64,000 nucleotides of DNA from Thermoanaerobaculia bacterium (lineage in GTDB: Bacteria; Acidobacteriota; Thermoanaerobaculia; UBA5066), in the NCBI GenBank assembly GCA_963719225.1, contig CAVRAY010000001.1, forward strand, positions 2,496,001 through 2,560,000, written 5' to 3'. The translations under genes were made by a program, and so were the position numbers. The notes beneath the pieces were generated by a model, which was given only the letters and a program-made list of their open reading frames with translations, searched no databases and was not told the origin of the DNA. Below are positions 9,996 through 19,214 of this stretch, one piece after another; position 1 is the stretch's first letter; every line of letters begins with the position of its first letter.

Positions 9996-11047
9996 CTAGG
10001 CACGCCGGCGCCGCACAGGTAGACCGGGAATTCCTTCACGCCGTCGAGGCCGATCAGCTTTTCGATGTACGAGTCCTGGATCGCGGCCGTCTGAAAGGGC
10101 CCGAGCCCGCGCGCGGTCGCGAGCAGCGCGAACGTCTGGGCGAGGTGTCCCGCGTCCATCCACAGGACGCGATAGGCGCCCTCGAACCCGTACTTCCAGA
10201 GCGTTCGCGCGAAGACGGCGGTCATGATGCAGAGGAACGCGGCCTTACCGACCCAGCGCTGCCCGGATGCCGCCCGAACCGCCGCCTTCCTGAAGTCTCC
10301 CTTCTTGAGGAGGCGCAGAGCGCCGCCCTTCACGTCGAAGTGATAGAGCCCTTTCGGCAGCCCACTCACGTTCCAGACCAGGACGTAGCATTCGATGGGA
10401 TGGAGGGAGCCGGCCGACGGACTCGTCTTCGCCACGAGCTTTCCGAGCGGGCCACCGTCGATCCAGCCGGTCTGCCCCCAGGTGCCGAGTACGACCCGCG
10501 CGAGATCTTCGAACGCGACGCGGCGACGCGAGAACACGCGCACCGTTCGCCGAGCACGAAGAGTCTGCTCGAGGAGCGACACGGGAGGCCGCGATGTCAA
10601 CTTCCGCGCCTCTGTCCCGCGATAGCACTTGTACACAGATGGCGGTTTTCCCGCGGACAGGGTCTTCCGCAGCACGACGTCGACGGCTGGTCCTTCAGAC
10701 ACGTAGCGCACGTCGCGGCAGGCCGTGTGATAGAGGGCGGAGGCAAGGTTTCCGTTCCATTCCTTCAGGCGCGAGACGCGTCGCGCCGCCTCTTGGGGCG
10801 AAACGAGAAATCCCAGACGCCGGAGCTTCTCGATCGCCCAGGAGACGTCCGCCGGGGACATGCCGGGCAACAAGTGGCTCGCGTCCGCGATCCGAAGCGG
10901 ACTCCCGAACGAATCGAGAAGGCCCAGGATCGCAAGTGTGGTGGAAATGCTCCTTCGGCCCGAGAGATTCTCGATGAACAAGCGCCCGTCTCTCCAGGAA
11001 ACGAGGAGCTCCGGGTTGCGAACGAGCCTTATGGCTGGCTGCGACAA
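9971..11047 (-). CDS. SagB/ThcOx-family FMN-dependent dehydrogenase with N-terminal RRE-like domain
   Basis: RRTVRVF, KTSPSAGSLHP, WKY, DAGHLAQT nitroreductase-fold motifs; N-terminal ~85 aa reads as three strands then three helices. Confidence 0.85.
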   Translation of the reverse strand: MSQPAIRLVRNPELLVSWRDGRLFIENLSGRRSISTTLAILGLLDSFGSPLRIADASHLLPGMSPADVSWAIEKLRRLGFLVSPQEAARRVSRLKEWNGNLASALYHTACRDVRYVSEGPAVDVVLRKTLSAGKPPSVYKCYRGTEARKLTSRPPVSLLEQTLRARRTVRVFSRRRVAFEDLARVVLGTWGQTGWIDGGPLGKLVAKTSPSAGSLHPIECYVLVWNVSGLPKGLYHFDVKGGALRLLKKGDFRKAAVRAASGQRWVGKAAFLCIMTAVFARTLWKYGFEGAYRVLWMDAGHLAQTFALLATARGLGPFQTAAIQDSYIEKLIGLDGVKEFPVYLCGAGVPSRLLKKGS

Positions 11048-11051
11048 CCGG

Positions 11052-11297
11052 TCAGCACTGGGGATTGCTGGCCGACATGACGCTCCATATCATCATCTCC
11101 TGGGCTTCGATGTTGAGCGAGGTGAGCCCCTCCGGCAGTGGCGCGACCCTCAACTGCTTCCGAAGAAGGTCCTCAGATGCCTTGTCCCTCACTTGGACGA
11201 CGACGTACCTCGGATATTCTGGAAGGACTCTTCCGATGGCGGAGGCTCGGAAGGTTTTGGATCCGGGAACTCGCTTCACCTTCTTCGGGCTGGGCAT
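11052..11297 (-). CDS. 81-aa protein, candidate RiPP precursor
   Basis: Strong SD (GAGGAGGGAG) before ATG; stop 4 nt before the SagB-like gene; C-terminus WSVMSASNPQC. Confidence 0.6.
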   Translation of the reverse strand: MPSPKKVKRVPGSKTFRASAIGRVLPEYPRYVVVQVRDKASEDLLRKQLRVAPLPEGLTSLNIEAQEMMIWSVMSASNPQC

Positions 11298-11327
11298 GGT
11301 GCGCTCCCTCCTCGTTCGAAAGTGGCG

Positions 11328-13940
11328 TCAATCTAGCCCCCAGGCCAGGTGAAGTCCAGAGGAGGACCGGCCCTCGCTGAAAGCGCGCACGGTTCCATCT
11401 CCGTTCAGGGCTACGGAGAGAAGGCCCGTACCGGTGGACGGATCCAGGTTCGGGAGCACGTCGTCGGCGAGCTTCACCCCCGTCCGGGCGTCGAGCGTCC
11501 AGACATGCCGATCTCGGCTGACGGCGAGAATGCGGTCGCCCCTCTCGTTGAATCGCGCGTAGATGAATACCGTCGCCTCTCCGACCCCCAGGAGCCGCCT
11601 TCCCTCGCCCTTTCCGATCGGGTGGATGAACGGCGTGCTCCCGGGCGCACCGCCCAGGCAGACGAACTCCGTTCCCGCAGGGTTGGCTCGTGGGTTGTTG
11701 CAGTCCACGGCGCCGAGCCCGTGCGCCCCGCTTCCATCCGTGTTCATTGTCCAGATTTGCTTTTGACTCCCCTCCGAACGGACGAAGAGGAGTGTCGAGG
11801 GCCCGGCGAACGAAGGGGCCCAGTGACTCGCGGTCGAGCTCGTGAGCGCCTTCGGGCTTCCCGCTCCGGCAGGAATGAGGAGAAGCTGCAGGGGCGGCCG
11901 GCCGACTGTCGTTCCGGCTATCCAGCGGCCGTCCGGAGAGAACGTTCCTGGAAAGCCCTCGCCCCAGCGCATCGGTTCGCCTCCATCGACGTCCCGCGAC
12001 CAGATTCCAGTGGCCCTCGGCGTGGCGCCGCCTTCGTAAAAAAGGATCTTCTTTCCGTCCGGCGAGAGATCCGTCACGATCGAGAAGCCGAGAGACGAGA
12101 GCTCGCGCGCCGGCTCGGCGGCCCTCTGAAAGAGGAGAGCTCTGCGGTTCTCGTCCTCGAGGAGCAGGCACTTCTTTCCGTCACTCGAGAGCGATTGAAG
12201 GACGAAGAAACCTGGGAATCGATGCAGCGGGCGCAGCCGGCCGCCCGGGCTCACCGCGAAAAGGGTGCTGCTGTAAGCGCCCGAGACCGAAGCCGTGAGC
12301 CATATCTCCCCCGAGCGGGCATTCCAGTCGAGACCGAAGCACCGCTCGTAAGCCGGTGTCAGGGCTCGCGACGCGGAGCCGTCGAGATCGACGATCCGCA
12401 CCTCTCCTGCGTCGTCGAAACGCGACGGGTGATGGATGAAGGCCACCCGCTTGCCGTCGGGTGAGAGCCGGACGAAAGACATGGCTCCGGGCGTGCGGAA
12501 GATGACTTTCTCGGCCTGAGCCGCGGACACATCGCGGCGCTCCAGCACCCGTTCCGCGCCGAGGTCCCGTACCGCCACGAGGACTCGGCCTCCCTGTGAC
12601 CAGTCGGCCCAGCCCGCGTCGTTGAGGATCATCCGCGGCGTTCCTCCCAGGGCGGGCCACGCCGCCAACGTCCCGAGGAGGTTGATACCCGCCCGAGATG
12701 CCCCGACCAGCACGAGCACCTGGGAGCCGTCGTCCGAATACGCCATGGGAAGCTGCTCCCCGGACTCCAGGGGACGGTCCAGCCCCATGGCGTCGGGCAG
12801 GGCGAGATAGGTCCGTCGGGGACCTCCGTCCCATGAGGCCGTGTAGAGGAAGGAATCGGCGCCCGGCGTGAAGAGGCCACGCGAAACGACACCGTGGCGG
12901 AACGTCAACCGTCGGAACTCCGGCATCGGCGGTCGCCTCGGCCAGCCGAACCAGAGCACGGCGGCGAGCGCGGCGAGCGCGAGCAGAGCGGTACCCACGA
13001 GCCGGTTCCGCCGCCGTGCGGGAGCGCGTTGTTCTTCTCCTGACCCGGACGAGCGCAGCGACGGATCGCCCGCGTGCGCGCGCAGGTTCTGCAGGTCGCG
13101 CGCGAGGTCGCGCGTCGCCGCATAGCGCTCACGCTTGTCCTTCGCGAGACACCTCTCCACGATCCAGACGAGGGGCGGCGGGATCTCGGGCCGCATGACG
13201 GTGAGCGAGACCGGCTCGTCGCGCAGGATGGCCGAGATGGTGTCCGCGGCCGACGCGCGGGCGAAGGCGCGGCGGCCGGTCAGCATTTCGTAGAGCACGC
13301 AGCCCACGGCGAACTGGTCGGACGCCACGCCCGCGGCTTCCCCACGCGCCTGCTCCGGCGACATGTATCCCAGCGTCCCGACGAGCTCGCCGGGAGACGT
13401 GATCGTCAAGGTGGCCGAGTCCGGGGAGCCGTCTCCGGTCTGGTGCCTCAGCTTCGCGAGCCCGAAGTCGAGGATCTTCAGATGCCCGTCCGCCGTGACG
13501 ATGAGGTTCGAGGGCTTCAGGTCGCGGTGCACGATCCCGGCCTCGTGCGCCCGGGCAAGGCCGTCCGCGAGCGCGATCGCGAGCTCGAAGAACCTTCGAA
13601 GGGGAAGCCCGCCCTGCGGAATGATCTCGGAAAGAGTGCCTCCGTCGAGGAGCTCCATGGCGAGGAAGCGGACCGCATGGCCGTCCCGCGGGTCGGGCGC
13701 GTCCCCGACTTCGTAAACGACGACGATGTGAGGGTGATTCAGCGACGACGCCGCACGTGCTTCCGTCTCGAACCGCTGCAGCCTCTCGTCGCTGCCGGCT
13801 CCCTCCTCCGTGAGCACCTTCAGGGCCACTTCGCGGCCGAGACGCAGATCGCGCGCCCGATACACTTCTCCCATGCCGCCCGCGCCGAGAGTCGCGAGAA
13901 TCGTATAGGTGCCGAACGAGTCGCCGGGCGACAGGACCAA
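11328..13940 (-). CDS. Hanks-type Ser/Thr kinase with TM helix and TolB/WD40-like propeller
   Basis: LGAGGMGEV, VALK, HRDLKPSN, DFG, YMSPEQ; TM segment; repeated 'SPDG' blades. Start uncertain (TTG 13940). Confidence 0.9.
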   Translation of the reverse strand: MVLSPGDSFGTYTILATLGAGGMGEVYRARDLRLGREVALKVLTEEGAGSDERLQRFETEARAASSLNHPHIVVVYEVGDAPDPRDGHAVRFLAMELLDGGTLSEIIPQGGLPLRRFFELAIALADGLARAHEAGIVHRDLKPSNLIVTADGHLKILDFGLAKLRHQTGDGSPDSATLTITSPGELVGTLGYMSPEQARGEAAGVASDQFAVGCVLYEMLTGRRAFARASAADTISAILRDEPVSLTVMRPEIPPPLVWIVERCLAKDKRERYAATRDLARDLQNLRAHAGDPSLRSSGSGEEQRAPARRRNRLVGTALLALAALAAVLWFGWPRRPPMPEFRRLTFRHGVVSRGLFTPGADSFLYTASWDGGPRRTYLALPDAMGLDRPLESGEQLPMAYSDDGSQVLVLVGASRAGINLLGTLAAWPALGGTPRMILNDAGWADWSQGGRVLVAVRDLGAERVLERRDVSAAQAEKVIFRTPGAMSFVRLSPDGKRVAFIHHPSRFDDAGEVRIVDLDGSASRALTPAYERCFGLDWNARSGEIWLTASVSGAYSSTLFAVSPGGRLRPLHRFPGFFVLQSLSSDGKKCLLLEDENRRALLFQRAAEPARELSSLGFSIVTDLSPDGKKILFYEGGATPRATGIWSRDVDGGEPMRWGEGFPGTFSPDGRWIAGTTVGRPPLQLLLIPAGAGSPKALTSSTASHWAPSFAGPSTLLFVRSEGSQKQIWTMNTDGSGAHGLGAVDCNNPRANPAGTEFVCLGGAPGSTPFIHPIGKGEGRRLLGVGEATVFIYARFNERGDRILAVSRDRHVWTLDARTGVKLADDVLPNLDPSTGTGLLSVALNGDGTVRAFSEGRSSSGLHLAWGLD

Positions 13941-14098
13941 TCGGACCCCTTTTTCCGGTCGGTGGACGGACGCCGAGTCAGTATAGCGTCGGCCAGACGG
14001 GTACGCCCGTTGCTTGCCAACCTCGTGTGAAGGGTTTGCGTCTCCTTGCGGGAACACCCCGGTGTTCGGCTTCAAACTCCGTTCTGGCAGGAGGATCC

Positions 14099-14794
14099 AT
14101 GCGTCGATTTCTCGTTCTCGCCGTGTTCTCGGTCGCCTTTCTGATGCTCGCTTCGCCGGCCGTCGCTCAGGACCGCACGGGCACGTGGGAGATCTCGCCC
14201 TTCGCGGGCGGTTTCTTCGGTGGGCGGCTCTACGGGAATGGCCCGCAATTCCAGGCCGTCGGGGGGTCCTCGAATCAGAGTTACCTCCGCGAGGATGATG
14301 ACCTCGCGTATGGAGCGCGCCTCGCGTACAACGTGACGCGCCACTTCGAGTTCGAGGTCGACTGGACCTCCTCGCGGACCGACCTGCGCTTGCCCTACTC
14401 CGTCGTCGCCCCCGGCGGCGGCTTCGTCCGCAGGCCCAAGGTCGGGACCTTCCGGCAGAATATCTACGAGGCGAACGCCCTCTTCAATTTCGGGCGGCGG
14501 CACGTGGTCGGCTACATCGGTATCGGCGCAGGAGCCGCCGTTCTCAAGCGGGACGTCCCGGGAGTGAACCCGGAGGCGACCGGGCGCTTCACGGCCAACG
14601 TCTCGGCCGGAGGGAAGTTCTTTTTCGTACCGCGCGTCGGCCTCCGCATCGATGCCCGCTACCGGGCGATCAATCTGACGGACGATCGCGACGACTTCTC
14701 TTGCGACCACAACGGCTTCAGGGATTGCGACAACCGGCGCCGAAACTGGTCCTACAACAGCGAGGTCACCGGGGGGCTCGTCTTCGCCTTCTGA
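14099..14794 (+). CDS. Outer-membrane beta-barrel protein (OmpA/OmpW-like)
   Basis: Signal peptide, amphipathic strands, C-terminal Phe (GGLVFAF), AGGAGG SD. Confidence 0.8.
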   Translation: MRRFLVLAVFSVAFLMLASPAVAQDRTGTWEISPFAGGFFGGRLYGNGPQFQAVGGSSNQSYLREDDDLAYGARLAYNVTRHFEFEVDWTSSRTDLRLPYSVVAPGGGFVRRPKVGTFRQNIYEANALFNFGRRHVVGYIGIGAGAAVLKRDVPGVNPEATGRFTANVSAGGKFFFVPRVGLRIDARYRAINLTDDRDDFSCDHNGFRDCDNRRRNWSYNSEVTGGLVFAF

Positions 14795-14797
14795 CCT

Positions 14798-15247
14798 TCA
14801 GCCCGAAGAAGCGCGATCCTCCGGGGAGCCGATCTCGATCGAGCGCGACCCGTCGGACTCGACGCGTATGGCGACGCGCCAGGCACGCGAATCGGTGAGC
14901 GGGGGACGCGGCCATTCCACCGCGACGATCGCGCCTGGCCTCTCGTCCAAGCCGAGGTCGGCGATGGAGGTGCCCGGAAGGACGCGATAGAGGTCCCCGT
15001 GGACGAGGAGCGGCGGCCTGTCCGCCGGACCGTACTCGCGGACGAGCGCGAAGCTCGGGGAGGACACGTCCTCCGGATCGAGGCCGAGCCCCGCCGCGAT
15101 CCCCTTCACGAAAGCGGTCTTGCCGGCCCCGAGCTCTCCCTCGACGAGCACGAGGTCGCCGGAGCTGAGGCGAAGAGCGAGGCTCGCCCCGAGCCGCCGC
15201 GTCTCCTCCTCGCTCGAAGAGACGTTGAAAGATACGTGCGACGTCAC
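14798..15247 (-). CDS. tsaE: tRNA threonylcarbamoyladenosine biosynthesis ATPase TsaE
   Basis: GELGAGKT, SSPSF, HGDLYR, VEW motifs. Confidence 0.92.
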   Translation of the reverse strand: MTSHVSFNVSSSEEETRRLGASLALRLSSGDLVLVEGELGAGKTAFVKGIAAGLGLDPEDVSSPSFALVREYGPADRPPLLVHGDLYRVLPGTSIADLGLDERPGAIVAVEWPRPPLTDSRAWRVAIRVESDGSRSIEIGSPEDRASSG

Positions 15248-16752
15248 CCGCCGGCGCTCTCGTGCGCCTCGAAGAAGGCTTCGGGGAGCGCCTCGACGAC
15301 GTCGGACGCCGAGAGAGACTCCTCCCCTTTGACCTCCCGCACGAAGTCGCCCGAGATTCCATGGAGCCACGCGGCCGCGCAGGCGGCGTCGAAGGCGTCG
15401 AGCCCGCGCGCGAGACACGCTCCGACGATACCGGTGAGGACGTCCCCGGTTCCCCCCGAGGCGAGCGCGGGGTTCCCCGCGAGGACGGGCATGACCCGGC
15501 CCGCCGGCGAGGCCACGAGCGGCCGGAAACCCTTGAGGATGACGACCGACTTCGCCCGCGAGGCGATCTCGAGGGCGGCGGCTTCCCGATCAGCGTTGAC
15601 GCGTGCCGCGTCGATGCCGAGGAGACGCCCCGCCTCTCCGGCGTGCGGCGTGAGCACCGTGGGCGCGGCGCGCGCGGCGAAGTAAGCGGCCTCGCCGGCG
15701 AGGTTGAGGGCATCCGCGTCGAAGACCGCGGGGAGGCGTGCCGCCGCCGTGCGCTGGAGCAACGCACGCGCGGCCGCCGACGCGCCGAGCCCGGGCCCGA
15801 CCGCGAGAGCGTCGAAGCGCGCAACGTCCACGTCGTCGCCCGCGGTCGTCGTCTCCGGACTGAGGACGTGTACCAGCGCGCGGATCGAATCCGGCGTGAA
15901 GACGCTGACGAGGCCGGCTCCCGCCCTGTGGGCACCGCGCGCCGCGAGGGCGGGAGCTCCCGCCATGCCTTCGGACCCGCCCACGACGAGGAGTCGCCCG
16001 AACGTGCCCTTGTGCGCGGTGGCGTCGCGCCGCGGAAACAGCTTCGCGACGTCGGGAGCTCCGACCGCTTCCCCCGCGACTCCGCTCTCATCTTCGAGCG
16101 GCAGAAAGCCGATGCCCGCGATGCCGATCCGCCCGCAGAGAGACGCGGCGGGCAGGCGGACGTGACAGGGCTTCGGGTATCCGAACGTGACGGTGAGGTC
16201 CGCGCGCACGGAGGGGATCCACGGAAGCAGCTCGTCCGCGGAGAGGCCCGAGGGCACGTCCACCGCGACCACGAACGCCGTCGCGTCGGCGACCAGGCGA
16301 ACGGCGCGTGCCGGAAGCCCGTCCGGCGAGATCGGTCTCCTCAGGCCCGTGCCGAAGAGCGCGTCCACGACGAGCGTTGCCGTGCGCAGCGGCTCGAGAT
16401 CGGCTTCCTTCGTCACCTCGCGAATCGCCCCACCCGCCTTCTCGAGACGCTGGTGGGTCTTTCGGGCGTCCAGGCTCAGATGCGCGGGCGCTCCGAAGAG
16501 AAGCGTCTCCACGTTGCCGCCGACGTGGGCCGCGTGGAGGAGGCGCGCCGCCTCGAAGCCGTCCCCTCCGTTGTTGCCCGGACCCGCGAGCACGACGATC
16601 CGCGCGCCCCGCGACACCCGTCGCCCGACGACGCCCGCGATCTCCCTCACAAGCGCCGTCGCGGCCCGTTTCATGAGGACGAGCCCCGTCGTCCCGGCCT
16701 GGATGGTCCTCGAGTCGAGGGCGCGGGCGCCCTCCGAGGTGAGGACCCTCAC
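15244..16752 (-). CDS. nnr: Bifunctional NAD(P)H-hydrate epimerase/dehydratase (YjeF)
   Basis: GPGNNGGDG, VDALFGTG, HKGTFG, LTPHAGE, GGTGDVLTG. Confidence 0.92.
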   Translation of the reverse strand: MRVLTSEGARALDSRTIQAGTTGLVLMKRAATALVREIAGVVGRRVSRGARIVVLAGPGNNGGDGFEAARLLHAAHVGGNVETLLFGAPAHLSLDARKTHQRLEKAGGAIREVTKEADLEPLRTATLVVDALFGTGLRRPISPDGLPARAVRLVADATAFVVAVDVPSGLSADELLPWIPSVRADLTVTFGYPKPCHVRLPAASLCGRIGIAGIGFLPLEDESGVAGEAVGAPDVAKLFPRRDATAHKGTFGRLLVVGGSEGMAGAPALAARGAHRAGAGLVSVFTPDSIRALVHVLSPETTTAGDDVDVARFDALAVGPGLGASAAARALLQRTAAARLPAVFDADALNLAGEAAYFAARAAPTVLTPHAGEAGRLLGIDAARVNADREAAALEIASRAKSVVILKGFRPLVASPAGRVMPVLAGNPALASGGTGDVLTGIVGACLARGLDAFDAACAAAWLHGISGDFVREVKGEESLSASDVVEALPEAFFEAHESAGG

Positions 16753-17456
16753 CCGGCCCTCCGCCCGAGCAGCGCGAGGAGCGCACGGCGCGTCGCGGGA
16801 GCGAGGTCCGGGTCCGCCGCGAAGAGGGCCTCCACCCTGCCGAGATCGGTGATCTCGTCGACGTCGGGTACGGTCGAAAGAAGGCGGACGCTGTAACCCT
16901 TCGCCTCCGCCGGCCTCGTGCAATCGGCCAGCGCGTGTTCCGAAGACCACCTCACTCCGGCGGGAAAAACGACTGCCGGTTCCACGTTTCCGCGCATGCC
17001 GACGAGCGAAAACCCTCCATCCGGAGCCGGGGCGAACACGACGTCGTTTCCCTCGAGGGCGGCGAAGCCCTCGGCGAGATCTTCCGCGGTGAGGGTCGGG
17101 GAATCGCTTCCGGCGATCAGCACGTCGCGCCGGCCTTCGAGCCGCGCGCGCACGACGGCGCGCGCCAGACGTTCGCCGAGCGATCCATCGCCCTGCGGCA
17201 CGAGGTCCCACGGGGGGCGGAAAGTCCCGAGGAGATACGGACCCGCGTCGAACTCCGCGTGCGCGAGCACCGCGTCCCACTGCTCCGGCGACGTCAGCGA
17301 GGCGGCGAGGTCGGCCAGGAACGCCTCGTAGAGCGAGGTGGCGGCCGCGGCCCCGATCTCGCGGGCGAGGCGCGTCTTCACGCGTCCTCTCACGGGCTCG
17401 CGCGCGAACAGGACGAAGCGCTTGACGGGTGCGTTCACGGCCTGGCTGGGCCTCAC
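16749..17456 (-). CDS. DUF2064/TIGR04282-type glycosyltransferase-like protein
   Basis: FAREP...VKTRL, Q-G--LGERL, GSDSP, PAPDGG, DVDE. Confidence 0.8.
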   Translation of the reverse strand: MRPSQAVNAPVKRFVLFAREPVRGRVKTRLAREIGAAAATSLYEAFLADLAASLTSPEQWDAVLAHAEFDAGPYLLGTFRPPWDLVPQGDGSLGERLARAVVRARLEGRRDVLIAGSDSPTLTAEDLAEGFAALEGNDVVFAPAPDGGFSLVGMRGNVEPAVVFPAGVRWSSEHALADCTRPAEAKGYSVRLLSTVPDVDEITDLGRVEALFAADPDLAPATRRALLALLGRRAG

Positions 17457-19174
17457 TTCCTTGGCGGGGGCTCCTCGCCGGAGAAGGCCGACACGAAGAT
17501 GGACTTCTGGAGAAAGCTCGTGGAGTTCGTGATGTCGTCACGGACCGCGAGCGAAAGCTTCTGCCCGCCGGGAATCATGATGAGCTTCACGTCGTAGACG
17601 AAGTCCCTGCGGCCGAGAGCTTCGAATTTCTTCGCGTCGAGGTCGATCGGGACGGTTTGCGTCGTGAGCTCCGACTGCTTCCCCGCCGAGTCGATGACGA
17701 CGAAATAGAAGACGACGCGGCCGCGCACCTTGGAGCCCTCGGGCAGCATGGCGAGGCGGGAATACGGAATCCGGATGGTCACGGGGACGGCGAAGTTCTC
17801 GCGGTCGGCCGGAACGGGCTTGCCGACCTCCAGGCCCACGGCGAGGGGATTGTCGTCGCGGGGGAAGAAAAGGGCCGAGGTGACCGCCTCGCGCACCTTC
17901 GTTTCGATTCCCTTCTCGAGATAGCTGCGGCGCGCGCGGACGGTCAGGCCTTTCTTCTTGAGCTTGACCTCGACCTTGTGGGGCCGGTCGAGCCCGGAGC
18001 GCACGCTCCGGTAGCCGATCGAGTAGTACGACGTGTAGTCCTTCTCGATGTTCTTGAGGGCGATGGTGACGTCGTTCTTGTTCAGGATGGCCTCGCCGCC
18101 GGTCTCTTCGGCGATGAGGGTCAGCATGGACTGGAGGTTGTTTCGTTCGAGGAACGTGTCGATGCGCTGGCTTTGCGTGCGGTTTTCCGCCGAAATGTTC
18201 GAATCCACCGTGAGACCCTGCGCGTCGATCGTGTAGATCGTGACGCCCGAGGCGTTCGCCGCCTGCACCACGGAGAGGTACTTCGAGGTCCGGTCGAACT
18301 CGAAGAAGGACATGCTCTGGCCCGAGGTGTTGCGGTACTTGTCGGCGATGTACTGCCAAAGCTCCGCCCCCGGGGACTGCGGCAGGCCGTCGGAGACGTG
18401 GATGAGGATCTTGCGGCCCTCGACGCCGGCGAGCTGGTTGATCGTGGTCTTCATCGCGTCGATCGTGAAGGTCAGGTCGTTGTCGAGCGACTGGCAGAAC
18501 GACCGCACCCGGCCCGCCGCCTGATCCGCGGTCGTGGAGTCGTCGATGGCCTGGATCACCTCCCGCCGGTCGGAAAGGATCTGCTGGCCGAGCGCACTCT
18601 CGTCCTCGATCTGCTTGAGGACGTCCGACAGGTCGCGGCCGTCGTTCGTGAACTTCCTGCGGATCTTCAGCGACCGGTTCCAGGCGACGATCATGCCTTC
18701 GACGTTGTCCTTGACGTTCTCGCGGACGAAGACCTCGACGTTCCTCAGGACCCTGTTGCGGTTGAACGGCGCGAGGTGAAGGTTGTCCACGAAGATGACG
18801 ATGCGGGTCTTCGGGACCTTCTCGTGCACGGGAACGGACGCCGGAGCGGGAGACGGCGCGGCAGCGGCGGGCGGGGCCTCCTCGACGGGCAGGAGGAAGC
18901 GGCCCTGCTCAATCGGAGTGAAGTTCGTGATGAGCTGCTCGAGATTGTCTTCGACGACGACGAAGTCCTCTTTCTTCAGGCCCGTCACCCGGTTCCCCTT
19001 TCCGTCGGTCACGACGACGTCGAGGTTGGTCACGGTGATGCCCTCGCGGGCGACGAAGCCTCCCGCCGGCGTCTCGGGCTTGCTGGCGGGAACCTGGGAC
19101 ACGGCGGACGATCGGGCGAGCGCGACGACGAGCAGGAGCGTCGTCCGAGGAAAAGGAAAGGGACGAATCGACAT
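17453..19174 (-). CDS. Acidobacterial VWA-domain secreted protein
   Basis: Signal peptide, VVVTDGKGNRVTGLKKEDF, GRKILIHVSDG, AEETGG, YSIGY, VRARRSY. Confidence 0.82.
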   Translation of the reverse strand: MSIRPFPFPRTTLLLVVALARSSAVSQVPASKPETPAGGFVAREGITVTNLDVVVTDGKGNRVTGLKKEDFVVVEDNLEQLITNFTPIEQGRFLLPVEEAPPAAAAPSPAPASVPVHEKVPKTRIVIFVDNLHLAPFNRNRVLRNVEVFVRENVKDNVEGMIVAWNRSLKIRRKFTNDGRDLSDVLKQIEDESALGQQILSDRREVIQAIDDSTTADQAAGRVRSFCQSLDNDLTFTIDAMKTTINQLAGVEGRKILIHVSDGLPQSPGAELWQYIADKYRNTSGQSMSFFEFDRTSKYLSVVQAANASGVTIYTIDAQGLTVDSNISAENRTQSQRIDTFLERNNLQSMLTLIAEETGGEAILNKNDVTIALKNIEKDYTSYYSIGYRSVRSGLDRPHKVEVKLKKKGLTVRARRSYLEKGIETKVREAVTSALFFPRDDNPLAVGLEVGKPVPADRENFAVPVTIRIPYSRLAMLPEGSKVRGRVVFYFVVIDSAGKQSELTTQTVPIDLDAKKFEALGRRDFVYDVKLIMIPGGQKLSLAVRDDITNSTSFLQKSIFVSAFSGEEPPPRK

Positions 19175-19214
19175 GGCCGGATTGTACGGGTCACGCGGAT
19201 AGAATCCCGCCCCG

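Noticed and set aside
11049-11057. Cys-TGA at the end of the 81-aa peptide read as selenocysteine
   Set aside because: Readthrough is out of frame with the downstream gene, gives no plausible protein, and no convincing SECIS is visible.
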